Shown here in pieces: positions 17,272 to 28,573 of a DNA stretch of 64,000 bases. The notes under the pieces were generated by a model. It saw only the letters and a program-made list of their open reading frames with translations. It made no database searches and was not told the origin of the DNA. The position numbers and the translations under genes were made by a program. Source of the DNA: an uncultured archaeon (GTDB taxonomy: Archaea > Thermoproteota > Bathyarchaeia > Bathyarchaeales > Bathycorpusculaceae); assembly GCA_963782915.1 (NCBI GenBank), contig CAWALK010000020.1, positions 1-64,000 on the forward strand, in the 5' to 3' direction. Each line of letters begins with the position of its first letter. Positions within the stretch are counted from its first letter, which is position 1.

Positions 17272-19136
17272 ATTTCGACTTAAAATTAACTAAAATCGAT
17301 GTTTTAACGATTGTTTTACTCTCGATCCTCTTCTTCGGCATGACCGCTTGGAATGTCGGCAGAATAGACAATCCAGTTACAAGCTTCCAGAGTACGACAA
17401 ATACGAGTTTCTACGTTGATTTAGGCTCTAATCAGCAGGTTTCAACCCTTTACATGTGGGTTAAAAACGGAAACGCAACAGTAACAGTCTCCTCCGGATC
17501 ACCCAATGGCGCTTGGTCACAGATCGGAACGTTTGCACTACTGCCAAGAGCTACAGACTACGCCGTACAAGTACCCTACACGGTAAACGTGAATACGCAG
17601 TACCTGCGTTTTGACATGAACGCTACCGTGTATGATTCTAGACCTGACTTCTCCAGTTGGGGCGTAACTAACCCCGGTGACGTGCAACCCTCAAATTACA
17701 TGTGCGTCAGCGAGATAGGTCTTGCCAACGTCGAGATGCAGCAGGTTCCAATCGTTGGAATAACTGGAATAAACACTTCCGACTCCACCCTCTCAGCATT
17801 GGTTGACGAACAAAACAAACTGGAAATCCCACCGACATACATGTCAAAAATGTATTTTGACGAAGTCTACTTTGCACGCTCAGCCGAAGACATAGCCAAC
17901 CACATGATACCCAAAGAACGCACCCACCCATCCTTTGGCAAACTAATCCAAACCGTCGGTGTATTGGCTTTTGGTGAAACGCCGTTTGGCTGGCGCATAA
18001 TGGGCGTCATATTTGGCACATTAATGGTGCCCCTAATGTTCCTGTTGGGAAAGAAACTGTTCGGCACATGGATAGGCGGCTTCTCAGCGGCATTCCTCTT
18101 CAGCTTCGATTTCATGCATTACACAATGTCAAGAATCGGCACCGTAGACACTTACATGGTGTTCTTCACGTTGCTTTCCCAGTTCCTGTTCCTGATTTAC
18201 TTTACAAGGGTCCTCAAAGATGGCTGGAAAAAAGCCTCCGTTAAGCCGCTGCTGTTGGCGGTGGTGGCTTTCTCTTTGGCGTTTGCAACCAAATTTGGGT
18301 TCCCCCTCTTTAGCGCCTTAGGTTTGCTTTCGCTTTTGGCAGTTGTACGGTTAAGAGATATCAGAAAACTAAAAGGCAGCTTAAGCGACAAATATGTTGC
18401 CTTCTTCGACCGCCCCTTCATGCTGCTCTTAGCCTGCATAGGAGTCGTCGCCGCAATCTACTTCGCCACCTACATCCCCGAGATGATATTTGGCGATTCG
18501 CCGATGACGATTCTTAATTTGCAGAATGCCATGTTTGGTTTCCACACGGGCACTGTAACGGATCCTGCTTCTTCGCCTTGGTGGTCTTGGCCACTCATGT
18601 TTAGACCCGATGGCGCAAATGTGCCCCGATGGTTTGACATAACCCGAAACTTACCGGGCAACACTGTGTCCACGATTACTGCGTTCGGTAACCCGGCGGT
18701 TTGGTGGATTGGTTTTGCCGCCATGATTATTCTTGCGCTTAGGGCATTCCATGTTGAATTATTATTTACTAAACTCTGGGGTTACATTTCCAAGTCATCG
18801 GTAAAGCAGCATATTAGCCTCCGCGGCAACGGTTGGGAAGTCCCCGCCATCTTCATAGTCGTCGTTTACGCATTCAGTTGGTTACCCTACGTCTTCATCG
18901 GTCGAGCCGCATACATTTACCATTACTACAGCGCCGTACCCCTGCTCTGCTTAGCCATAACATACTTCATAAACCGGTACTGGCATAAACCCCTTGGCAA
19001 AGTCGCCGCCATAGCCATATTCGCCGCCGTAGTAGCCATGTTCCTATTGTTCTACCCCGTATTTTCAGGCGCACCCGCAACACTTGAGTACATAAAGAAT
19101 TTGAAGTGGTTCCCAAGCTGGTACTTTGCATCATGA
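17268..19136 (+). CDS. Dolichyl-phosphate-mannose:protein mannosyltransferase family (PMT/GT39)
   Basis: YFDEVYF, THP..GK, FGWR, SSPWWSWP, GNPAVWW, YIYHY. Confidence 0.88.
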   Translation: MNFDLKLTKIDVLTIVLLSILFFGMTAWNVGRIDNPVTSFQSTTNTSFYVDLGSNQQVSTLYMWVKNGNATVTVSSGSPNGAWSQIGTFALLPRATDYAVQVPYTVNVNTQYLRFDMNATVYDSRPDFSSWGVTNPGDVQPSNYMCVSEIGLANVEMQQVPIVGITGINTSDSTLSALVDEQNKLEIPPTYMSKMYFDEVYFARSAEDIANHMIPKERTHPSFGKLIQTVGVLAFGETPFGWRIMGVIFGTLMVPLMFLLGKKLFGTWIGGFSAAFLFSFDFMHYTMSRIGTVDTYMVFFTLLSQFLFLIYFTRVLKDGWKKASVKPLLLAVVAFSLAFATKFGFPLFSALGLLSLLAVVRLRDIRKLKGSLSDKYVAFFDRPFMLLLACIGVVAAIYFATYIPEMIFGDSPMTILNLQNAMFGFHTGTVTDPASSPWWSWPLMFRPDGANVPRWFDITRNLPGNTVSTITAFGNPAVWWIGFAAMIILALRAFHVELLFTKLWGYISKSSVKQHISLRGNGWEVPAIFIVVVYAFSWLPYVFIGRAAYIYHYYSAVPLLCLAITYFINRYWHKPLGKVAAIAIFAAVVAMFLLFYPVFSGAPATLEYIKNLKWFPSWYFAS

Positions 19137-19873
19137 CAAAAACAAACCCAAATGAGTCCGTGCAGGTTTCAGTGGTGCTTCCCGCCTACAACGAAGTGGA
19201 CTACCTAAACCCGGCTGTAGAGAAAACCATCCAAACCCTGAATGCATTCACGGATTCCTATGAAATAATTATCGCTGAAGACGGCAGCACCGATGGCACT
19301 GCTGAACGCGCTAAAGAACTCGCTCAAAAGTATCCCTGTGTCCGCCATATCCATCGAGAAGCACGGTTGGGCAGGGGAACAGCGCTTAACAACGCTTTTT
19401 CTCAGAGCCATGGCGAAGTCATGGTTTACATGGATTTAGATTTAGCCACCGACCTCAAATATCTCCAGCCTCTAGTTGAAGCCATCACAAAGGAAGGTTA
19501 CGATTTCTCAACAGGCTCACGCATGATGACGGAAAGCAAAGCAGAGCGCACCTTCAGCAGAGGTTTCAGCTCTAAAACTTACAATTTCCTCGTACGCCAC
19601 ATGCTGGGCTCCAAACTCCGCGACCACCAATGCGGCTTCAAAGGCTTCAAACGGGAACCGCTTATGAGTGTGATGGGTGAAGTTGAGGCGACTCATTGGT
19701 TCTGGGACACCGAAATCATGGTCCGGGCCCACCGCCATGGCTACAAAATTAAGGAGATTCCGGTTGAGTGGAAAAGCGGCAAAGACACCAAAGTCAACTT
19801 AGCCAAGGATTCATGGAACATGTTCTGGCAGATACTTTCGCTGTGGTGGACTCTTAAAATTAAAAGGAAATAG
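19133..19873 (+). CDS. GT2 dolichyl-phosphate glycosyltransferase
   Basis: VVLPAYNE, EDGSTDGT, DLD, DHQCGFK, WFWDTE. Confidence 0.9.
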   Translation: MTKTNPNESVQVSVVLPAYNEVDYLNPAVEKTIQTLNAFTDSYEIIIAEDGSTDGTAERAKELAQKYPCVRHIHREARLGRGTALNNAFSQSHGEVMVYMDLDLATDLKYLQPLVEAITKEGYDFSTGSRMMTESKAERTFSRGFSSKTYNFLVRHMLGSKLRDHQCGFKGFKREPLMSVMGEVEATHWFWDTEIMVRAHRHGYKIKEIPVEWKSGKDTKVNLAKDSWNMFWQILSLWWTLKIKRK

Positions 19874-19878
19874 TTTTT

Positions 19879-20448
19879 TTAGCGTTGAGCAAGCAGCACA
19901 AAGGACCTTGCGAGTAGGGCTAAGCCGAAAATCAAGATTATTCCTGCCCAAAACACGAACCATTCCCCTGCAATTGTCATGTTGACTAGGTAGGTTATTA
20001 TGAGGTAGCTTGTTCCGAGCCAGAATACGATGTTTTCTATGGTTTCTGCTTTGCGCGGAATAGGCGATTGCAACAGCACCCGTAGGACCAGAACCACGAT
20101 TTCTATGATGCCTATTGCTATGGCGAATTGGAATGCCGCCGTGTAAAGCTCAATGTGTGCTGCTGGGTTTGAGGGGGCAGGCAACGCGATGCCGGTTCCG
20201 GGAACAGGCGCTAAAGTCAGGGACATGAAGAAATTGAGTATTTGATCCCAGATGCTACTTGGAAGATGCGCAATGTAGATTACAGCTAGGATGATAAAGA
20301 TGGAGCCGATATAAATCGCAGTTAACAGATTTTCTTTTTTTTTCTCAGTTAACCCGTGTCCTATGCGGGCGTTAAACAAGCCGTCTTCTCCACAAAAAAT
20401 TCTGTCGTGATAACTGATATATGTTTCTCTACCAGCGTTAGGGTGCAT
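19879..20448 (-). CDS. Conserved membrane protein, paralog of 56764-57267 (start uncertain)
   Basis: Shared LPAPxxPAAH, AIGI, SP.R/K.AET..N.VFWLG. Confidence 0.7.
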   Translation of the reverse strand: MHPNAGRETYISYHDRIFCGEDGLFNARIGHGLTEKKKENLLTAIYIGSIFIILAVIYIAHLPSSIWDQILNFFMSLTLAPVPGTGIALPAPSNPAAHIELYTAAFQFAIAIGIIEIVVLVLRVLLQSPIPRKAETIENIVFWLGTSYLIITYLVNMTIAGEWFVFWAGIILIFGLALLARSFVLLAQR

Positions 20449-20496
20449 GTTTTAAATAGCAAGAGCGGGTAAATTGTATTTAGGGTAGAATTTGTA

Positions 20497-20886
20497 ATGT
20501 CGTATTGTCCAAAATGTGGCAATCCAGTCGATGAGTCAATGACGTTTTGTCCCCGCTGTGGCAATTCACTAAAGGGTGTTCCGCCTCCAGTTGCGCCCGC
20601 TCAACCTTACCGCAGAAAAGATGAGAAGAACGAGAAAAACGAAAAGAACGAGAAGAATGAGGACCGCGAGAAACAGGAGAAGGGCGAACGAGGCTTCGTT
20701 GGCTTTTTGATCGGCGGATTAATTTTGATCACATTCGGCTTGTTCTCTGTATTGCAGTTAAGCAATGCGTTGCCTGATTCAGGTCAGAACTGGGCAATTA
20801 TGCTCTTGATAATCGGCGTTATCATCATAGTCGGCGCAGTCTACGTTGCCACAACCGCACGCAAACATACACCAACACCGCATTAA
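20497..20886 (+). CDS. Zinc-ribbon membrane protein
   Basis: YCPKCG..FCPRCG, EKN repeats, two TM helices. Confidence 0.8.
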   Translation: MSYCPKCGNPVDESMTFCPRCGNSLKGVPPPVAPAQPYRRKDEKNEKNEKNEKNEDREKQEKGERGFVGFLIGGLILITFGLFSVLQLSNALPDSGQNWAIMLLIIGVIIIVGAVYVATTARKHTPTPH

Positions 20887-22025
20887 AGCAGCCAACCCAA
20901 AAATGCTCGGTACAGCCGATGCTCCAAAACGGTAGCGGTGTTGTTTCTTCCGAATATGCGGAAATAGTTTTTTCCTGCCGCTTCAACCATGTCGCCGATG
21001 TCATAACGCGGCAGCATACATGATGAAACGATTAGTCTGCCCCATTCGCCCCGTTTTAGTTCATGGAGCATTTTAACGCCTTTACCTGTAGCAACTTCAA
21101 AGAGGTAAGCGTCATAGTTCGGGGTTATGTATGGGTAATCGTCCAGTTGCTGCCCAAACACGCCTTCGGTGGCAGTGTACATTTCCACGATGGGTGCGTC
21201 GCCATAGTATTTTTTGAGGATGGGACCGTATTTGAATTGGATTTTGCGTACGCTGGTGCAGAAGAGGGCTTGGGGTTTCCAGATGTCTTTGGGTGATTTG
21301 CCATATTTCTGTTTGATGTATCGTGGCGAAGCTCAGGATAACAGGGGTTACTCCCATGGTTGCGGTGACGGTTTGGTCCTTTAGCCATTTCGTAGACGAG
21401 GTCGAAGCGTTTTTCCCAGTCTTTTCTGCCAATCCCGCTGCCGAGTTTATCGATTTCTTCTTGGCGGGGCAGGAGGCTGACTCGGTCAAACATGGGGTTT
21501 AAGCGGGCGTAGGTGCCGCTGCTGTAGCCGTAGGTGACTTCTTTGCCGTCCATGTTCATGGTGTGGACGCTTGAGGGAAAATTCAGGTTTAGGATGACGC
21601 CTAAGAAGACGTCGTATTTTTTGCGTTTGTAGGCGAAGTTGATGATGGCTCTTGCTCCGCAGCTGTAGATTTGTTTTAGGTGGGTTTCGTGTTGCGGGGA
21701 GGACTTTGCTGTTTCCTGTGGAGCCGCGGGTCATAACCCAGGTTTGGGGTGGTTCAGGCAAAAACGCTTTGAAACTGCGTTCTCTGACTGCTTGGAGGTA
21801 CGGGGCGAGCCTTGCATAGTTGATAATGGGGAAATTCGCCTGATAATCGATGAAACTGCTTATTTTGGAGGCGTTATATTTTGCGCCATATTCAGTTGTG
21901 GCATATTTGGGCAGCAAATCCGATAGAACCTTCTCCTGTGCTTTCTGCGGGTTCTCGATGGAGTCATACCATGGCTGCACATACGGTTCCAAAATGCTGT
22001 TAATGCTATCAGGGTCAGGCAACAT
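20883..22025 (-). CDS. GH3-family acyl-adenylate/amido synthetase-like protein (frameshifted)
   Basis: TRGSTGNSK..P, EMYTATEG, PRYDIGD motifs spread over several frames. Confidence 0.8.
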
Positions 22026-22110
22026 AGCGCTCACAACATTGATGGTTGGAATCTGCTTATATGCTTCTCCACAAAATACTAGCATATCCACTGCTTTAAG
22101 GTTGAAGATT

Positions 22111-23034
22111 ATGGGTGACTCTGTAGAAGTTACGGCTGAAAAGATTCGCAGAATTGAAGTTCAAGGCGCAAGAAACGTTGCCATCGCTGCTATCAAAGCA
22201 TTTCAAACGTTGGCTGAGCAAACTAAGGCAGAAACCAAGCCGCAACTGCTGTCCGAATTGAAAGATGCACAGGCGCTGTTTTCTATGCCACGAGAAACCG
22301 AGCCGCTGATGCGCAATGCAATGCGATACATAATCAACCAAACCCAAAACGCACGAGACCGAAAAAGTTGGTGCCCTCCGCGAAGTGGTGATTGACAAAC
22401 GCTGACAGGTTCCTCAAGGATTTGGCAGCTTCAAGCGAACGTGCCGCCGAAATCGGTGCCAAACGCATCGGCGACGGCTCAGTCGTATTCACCCACTGCC
22501 ACAGCTCAACCGTCACCCGTATGCTCGCTAAAGCCAAAGCAGACGGCATAGACTTCCGCGTAATCTGCACCGAAACCCGCCCAGCCTACCAAGGAAGAAT
22601 AACCGCAAAAGAACTCGTCGGTTTAGGCATCGATACCACGTTTATCGTTGATTCAGCTGCCCGGACCTTCATGGGCGAAGTGGACGTCGCCTTTGTAGGC
22701 GCTGACGCCATCACCTCGGAAGGTAATGTGGTTAACAAGATTGGCACAGGCGGCATCGCAGTAATCGCCAGTGAAGCCCGGTAGCCGTTCTATGTGGTAT
22801 CTGAACTGCTCAAGTTTGACCCTGAAACCTTGAAGCGGCGGCTGCGAAAAAATCGAACAACGCAACCCCGCCGAAGTCTGGGCAGAAGCACCGCCGAACC
22901 TGACAGTGCGCAACCCCGCTTTTGATGTTACCCCAAACCGCTACATCCACGGCATCATCTGCGAAGAAGGCATAATCCCACCCCAAACGGTCTTGGAGGT
23001 TATGCGAAAACGGTACCCATGGGTTTTCCCATAA
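22111..23034 (+). CDS. e2b2: Ribose-1,5-bisphosphate isomerase (eIF2B-like; frameshifted)
   Basis: EVQGARNVA, RETEP, THCHSS, ETRP, GADAI, NKIGT, NPAFDVTP. Confidence 0.88.
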
Positions 23035-24055
23035 TTCCCTTTTTAGAGCTGAATATTACGAAAAGAATGGCTGCAAACAACAGAGCCACTGCCCAGACTG
23101 AGAACTCTGGTATAGACGGTGCTGGGCTCTCGCTTAGGGGCGGTGTGGGTAATGATGCAACTTGTATTTCGTATGGGTTATAGAGAGGATAACGGTCAAC
23201 TAAAGTCGCGTTGAAATCTGTTTGTATTAAATAGCCTGTATTCCATATGCCTGAGTTATCGACCACTGAGGCGTTGCTGTATCTTGCGGTGAAGTCGCTC
23301 CAGTAGTTGCCGCCTGAAAAATACCCATCATCCCACGGCTCAAGGTCGCTTAATCCTGACATGCCAAATAGGTAGAATTGGCCTCTGCTCTCCAGCAATT
23401 GGCTTAGAAAATTGTTATGGTAAACCTGTATAGTGCTATTGTTGTCGGTGCTTATGAATGAGGCTGTCTGATTGGTGAACACCAAGTTGTTTTCTTGGAT
23501 TATGACGTCTCTACTTTGGCTAATCCAGAATGCACTCACATAGCCATGTGTATGAACCTCGTTTTGTTCGATGTTAATGTGGGACGCTTGAATTCGTATG
23601 TAGCTAACGAAGTTTTGGGCAATCCTGTAGTTGTTACCGTAGACTGCTATGTCTTGGTTGTTGTTTTGGAATTGGTTGCCGATTATCTGATTGTTGTCAA
23701 ATACGCCGAGGACACCCACTTGCCAGTTGGCAACAACAAAGTTCTTGACGGTTACGCCGATGCAAGTTAGGTTTATGGCTGCCTGATTGTTAGTGTAGCT
23801 TGCGCCTTGGATGGTGAATCCTTGGCCATCAAGCACGAGGTTGCTTTTTTCTACAATTATTGGAGTGTTGAGGTTGGCTGTGGCTTTGTAGATGTTGCCG
23901 TCTACTTGGAGGGGAGCGTTGGATGGTTCTATGGAGCCGTCTGGTAGAATATGGATGGGAGTTGCTGATTGAGCGGTTGCAGGTTGGGTTTGGATGCCAC
24001 AGAGTGCAAATGACGCTAAAAGGAAAACCGCTAGCAGAATGGTTTGTTTACTCAT
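23000..24055 (-). CDS. Secreted right-handed beta-helix (NosD-like) protein with PEF-type C-terminal anchor
   Basis: Signal peptide, GGNYWSD, DRYPL, IPEF plus TM plus basic tail. Confidence 0.8.
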   Translation of the reverse strand: MSKQTILLAVFLLASFALCGIQTQPATAQSATPIHILPDGSIEPSNAPLQVDGNIYKATANLNTPIIVEKSNLVLDGQGFTIQGASYTNNQAAINLTCIGVTVKNFVVANWQVGVLGVFDNNQIIGNQFQNNNQDIAVYGNNYRIAQNFVSYIRIQASHINIEQNEVHTHGYVSAFWISQSRDVIIQENNLVFTNQTASFISTDNNSTIQVYHNNFLSQLLESRGQFYLFGMSGLSDLEPWDDGYFSGGNYWSDFTARYSNASVVDNSGIWNTGYLIQTDFNATLVDRYPLYNPYEIQVASLPTPPLSESPAPSIPEFSVWAVALLFAAILFVIFSSKKGIMGKPMGTVFA

Positions 24056-24159
24056 GCTTCCACCGTACCCCCTTAATGGGTTGGTGGGCTATTACTCTAC
24101 AGATGGAACGGTTTGTTCCAAAGCTGGAACACACGGGACAAAAACAAGCCGACTGAACC

Positions 24160-24307
24160 ACTGCAAACGTGCACAGATCCCCAACTATCCCCAACAACCA
24201 TTGAAGCAACATAACATCCACTCAACGAATGCAGATTACTTCAACGCATTAACATGCAACTGTTATTATATATATAAGGAAGGGGGTCCTCGGCAGAGCA
24301 ACAAAAC
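24160..24307 (+). repeat. Dispersed intergenic element (TATA/G-tract subfamily)
   Basis: TGCAACTGTT..TATATATAAGGAAGGGGGTCCTCGGCAGAGCAACAAAAC, shared with 50907-50958 and 53949-54002 (-). Confidence 0.8.
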
Positions 24308-24312
24308 AGTGA

Positions 24313-26089
24313 CTAAGTCATGAATCGTCTTGGGTCAGTATCAATATCCACAATCGTTGGCTTAGTAGATTTCAGTGCCTTATCAACAGCTGCTTCCAGT
24401 TCCTGTGGCTCCCTGACTTTTATGCCCATTCCGCCTGAGTGCTCCGCGAAGTCGGCGAAGTTATAATCATGCAGTTCCGTTTGCCAGCCCTCGTAGCCTT
24501 CGACTTTCTGTTCCTGCATAATCATGCCCAAGCCGTTTGTTGTTGATGACGAACACTTTTACAGGCAAATTATATTTAAGGCTGTTAAAAAGTCGCCGAG
24601 CACCATAGTTAAACCGCCATCACCCGTAATGCAGACAATTTGTCTTTCTGGATACGCCAATGCCGCAGCCAAAGCTCCGGGCAAACCAAAACCCATCGTC
24701 GCCAAAGTGCCACTCATCACCATCTTCTGCGTTTTTTTCATGCCGAAGTTGCGTCCAAACCACCAGCAGTTCTCGCCCACATCAAGCGAAATTACTGCGT
24801 CAGAAGCGATTTTTTCGTTGAGCACTTTCATGATGTATGTGGACGGATGGGTTTCATGGTTGGGTCTGCTTCTTTTTCGAGTTGGGCTCGCCACGCTGTT
24901 TGAGTCGCCCAATCTCTGCAAGTATAGCCGCATTGTTTTTCTGCGCAACCTTCTCAGTTAGCTTGGGAATCAAAACGGCACTGTTCCCAACAAACCAACC
25001 TCGACTGGGTAACGCCGTGCAATCATCAAAGGGTTAATGTCGATTTGCACCATGCGTTTCTGAGGAATCTGCGACAAATCCGAAAATGAAGCGCCAATAG
25101 CTATAAGCAAATCGGTTTTATCCATCAGTTCACCTGCTGCGGTTGAGCCGACTCCGCCATGGCAACCCACATAAAGCGGTTCGCTGTCATCAACGAAGCC
25201 TTTAGCGCGGAAAGTCGAAATAATTGGCGCCCCAATCTTCGATGCCAGCTTCAGCAGTTTAGTTCCCTGCCCACGGCAGCCAAAACCATGCAAAATCACT
25301 GGTCTCTTCGCTGAATCAACAACTTTAGCGGCTTTCTCAATAACCCAGTCTTCTTGTCCATAAGCCAAATTCGGCATTCTGCCCTCAAACGGCAACACTC
25401 CGCTTCATAGGGCAGCTTCTGCACATCATTTGGAATTCCAATATGTGCTACACCTTGATCTAACAATGCATGTTTAATCGCTAAAGTCGCCAGCGAGGTG
25501 GTTTGGTCTTCCGTCATCAAGGTTTTGTTGTAAACGCTTAATGGGTTCAAAGAAGGCTTGGTGGTCAATTTCCTGTAGGGCACCTCTGCCCAATCAGTTT
25601 GCGTGGCACCATACCCGTCAACGCCAAAACAGGCGAATGATCCAATTGCGCATCATAGAGTCCTGTGGCGAGGTTGGTTGCGCCTGGACCAGAAATCCCC
25701 AGAACAAGCTGCTACATGCCCAGTTAATTTGCCATAGGCTGAAGCCATGAACGCTGCGGTTTCTTCATGGCGAACTTGGATGTATTGGACTTTGCCGTTG
25801 GTTTTGCGTATGGCATCGACAACGCCCAGGGTGGATGTGCCTGGGATTCCGAAGACGTATTTTACTCCCCAAGCAGCAATCTGGCTTATCAGCACATCGG
25901 AGACCGTGCTTTCAGTTTTCTTCTCAGCTTTAGCCTCTTTGTCCCCTTTCTCTTCAGAAAGAGCACAAAAGCCGATTTGGGTGCGCCACAGATTGGGCAA
26001 ACCCATTCCTTCGGTAAATCAGTAAATTTCACTTTTTCTTTAGCATCATCATAAACCCAGTTGCAGACTGTGCATCTGTATTTCGCCAT
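24313..26089 (-). CDS. Rubredoxin-fused TPP-dependent enzyme (pyruvate oxidase family; frameshifted)
   Basis: CTVC..CPIC rubredoxin; FGIPG, RHEE, GPG, GDGG motifs. Confidence 0.85.
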
Positions 26090-26204
26090 AAATAACCCTC
26101 AAAAACACTTAAAACTAAGCTGTTTCGTCCTTATCAGTTTTTGCTCACCCGAACAATTCATAAACTTCTCCAACCCACTATTCAACAGTAGAGGATGCTT
26201 ATTC

Positions 26205-27139
26205 ATGGAGAATTGGGATGTCATAATCGTTGGCGCTGGTTCAGCCGGATGCGCCGCAGCCATCTATGCAGTACGCAGTGGACTAAAAACATTGGTTTTA
26301 GACGAGAAATTTGCTGGCGGAACAATCGCCGATGCCCCAACCATAGTGAACTATCCTGGGTTCGCTGAAATCAGCGGCGGCGAATTGGCGCAGAAAATGG
26401 TTGACCACGCACGAAAACTGGGCGCAACTATCCATGACATAGAAGCCGTAACCGCCATGAACCTTATCAGGCGAATCAAAAACAGTAACCACAACCGCAA
26501 CCACTTACGAAGCCAAAGCCGTCATCGTCGCCACAGGCTCCCACTACAAAGAGATCGGTGCAAAAGGCGAAAAAGAGTTCCGCGGCAGAGGAGTCAGCTA
26601 CTGTGGAGTCTGCGATGGACCCTTCTTCAAAAACAAGAATATTTTGGTGGTTGGCGGAGGAAACTCTGCTTGCATAAGTACGCTTTACCTTTCTGGGTTG
26701 GCAGCGCAAGTTACGGTTATTCATAGACGGGAAATGTTCCGTGCGGAAGAGTTCCTTGTCAACGACATCAGCACCAAATCCAACGTCAAAATCATCTGGA
26801 ACACAGAAATTCAAGAAATCAAAGGCGACAAACAAGTCCGCTCTGTCACTTTAATGGATAACTCCACTGGGCAAACCAGCGAATTAGCTGTTGATGCGGT
26901 GTTTGTGCAGGTCGGCGAAGCTCCAAACAGCCAACTTGCAGCGGCTGCATGGTGTGGAAGTGGATGAGCATGGCTACATCAAAATCGACATACGCCAACA
27001 CACTAACGTTGATGGCGTTTTTGGCGCAGGCGACATCACCAATCATCCAGTCAAGCAGGTTGGTACAGCTGTTGGGCAAGGTATAACTGCGGCATTGGAA
27101 GCCTATGCTTTCATACGTAGACCTTACTACAAAAAGTAG
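26205..27139 (+). CDS. trxB: Thioredoxin reductase (frameshifted)
   Basis: GAGSAG, GVSYCGVCDG, GGGNSA, GAGD. Confidence 0.9.
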
Positions 27140-27180
27140 TTGTTTGTCACTAATTTACTTGACAAACAACCTTTTGTCAA
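27139..27180. promoter_or_regulatory. Perfect 11-bp inverted repeat plus third half-site (operator or terminator)
   Basis: GTTGTTTGTCA-N10-TGACAAACAAC followed by TTTGTCAA. Confidence 0.5.
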
Positions 27181-27366
27181 CAACGCCACCATTCCCACTT
27201 GACTCAAAACCCGCCAGATGATACGTTTGTTAACCTCGACTTTTATAGGGGATTTTCATAATTTCTAGAGGAAGGATTATATGATTCAAAAAGCCTTTTT
27301 GTGTTTCCAGTTTTAGCCAACACGCTAAAGCCTTAAAGTTAACCAGGGAAATGAAGAGGTTTACCA

Positions 27367-28573
27367 ATGAGTGAGAAATGTCTCGCTGTAGTTGAGATTA
27401 ATCAAGACTTGTGCAGTAGATGTTACGTTTGCCAATCCATCTGCCCCTATGAAGCCATAAAACGTGATGAGAGGGCAAAGTAAACGTCAACATAGAGGAT
27501 TGCCAAGTATGCGGCATCTGCTACAGTGCTTGTCCAGCTTCAGCCATAAAAATGCAATATTACACTTACGATAACCTGTCCGATTATCTAAAACAGGCGC
27601 AAGCGAAAGCTCCGAAGACCGAAACCTTGGTTTTGATGTGCAGAGGCAACTCGCCAAACACTGGTGAAGTGCAAGATATCCTAAAAGAGCAAGGACTCAA
27701 AGTCGACGATTATCTTGCATTGCGGTTGCCCTGTGCAGGCAGAGTTCCAACAGACTTCGTCTTTGAAGCACTAAACTTAGGCATAAAAAACATCGTTTCC
27801 ATTCAATGTGAAGATCCATTCTGCCGCTATAAAGAAGGCACAAAAATCAACACCCGCAGACTCGCACTTGCAAAGAATGTGCTTAAACAACTTGGCTACG
27901 ACGAAAACGCGTAAAAGTCATAAAGTACTCCCGCAAAGCAGTCTACGACGTCTTGGAATGTGTTGGCTGCGACAAATGCATATTCATCTGCCCATACAAA
28001 GCATTAGAATTCGAACCCTTCGCCACACCCAAAAATTAATGAAGAGAAATGTGTCGGCTGCGGCGCATGCCAACTGGTCTGTCCACACCATGCCATCCAA
28101 GTGAAAGGCTTCGAATTCGAAGATGTCTTCAAACGTTACGGTGACTGCGCAGCACAACTCAATGCCCAAGGCAAAGGCCCCGCAGTGTTCGCATTCATTT
28201 GTCAATGGTCAGAGTTCTCAGCACTGGACAATCCTAACAAAGCTTTTGAGGGCAAAAACGTGTTGGCACTTGAAGTTCCATGCTTCAAATCTCTTGACCC
28301 CGTCCACGTAGTCAACGCATTAAACTGCGGTTTCGAAGGAGTCATGGCAGTGGTTTGCTCCTCAAAAGACTGCAAGCTACAGGAAGGCAGAGACACAGCA
28401 GAACGCAACTTGAGTGTAATGCTTGATGTCCTCAAAAAGAAAGGCTTACTAGACAGATTCGAACTCTACGAGGAATCCCCACGATGCGAAGGCGACTTCA
28501 AGCAGAAACTTGATGCTTTCTACCAGAAAATCTCTAGTTTACCAAAAACGCTAAAGCGGAGGAAAACCAATAA
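27367..28573 (+). CDS. Polyferredoxin with two MvhD-like [2Fe-2S] domains (frameshifted)
   Basis: Four CxxCxxCxxxCP motifs; LPCAGRVP..CEDPFCRY and FICQW..PCFKSLDP..CSSKDC. Confidence 0.75.

Noticed and set aside
20620-20680. GAGAAGAAC/GAAAAGAAC tandem repeat
   Set aside because: Coding low-complexity EKN repeat inside the zinc-ribbon protein
22782-22784. In-frame TAG in the R15P isomerase as possible pyrrolysine or readthrough
   Set aside because: The same gene has other errors, no pyl genes are in the window, and TAG is used as a normal stop elsewhere
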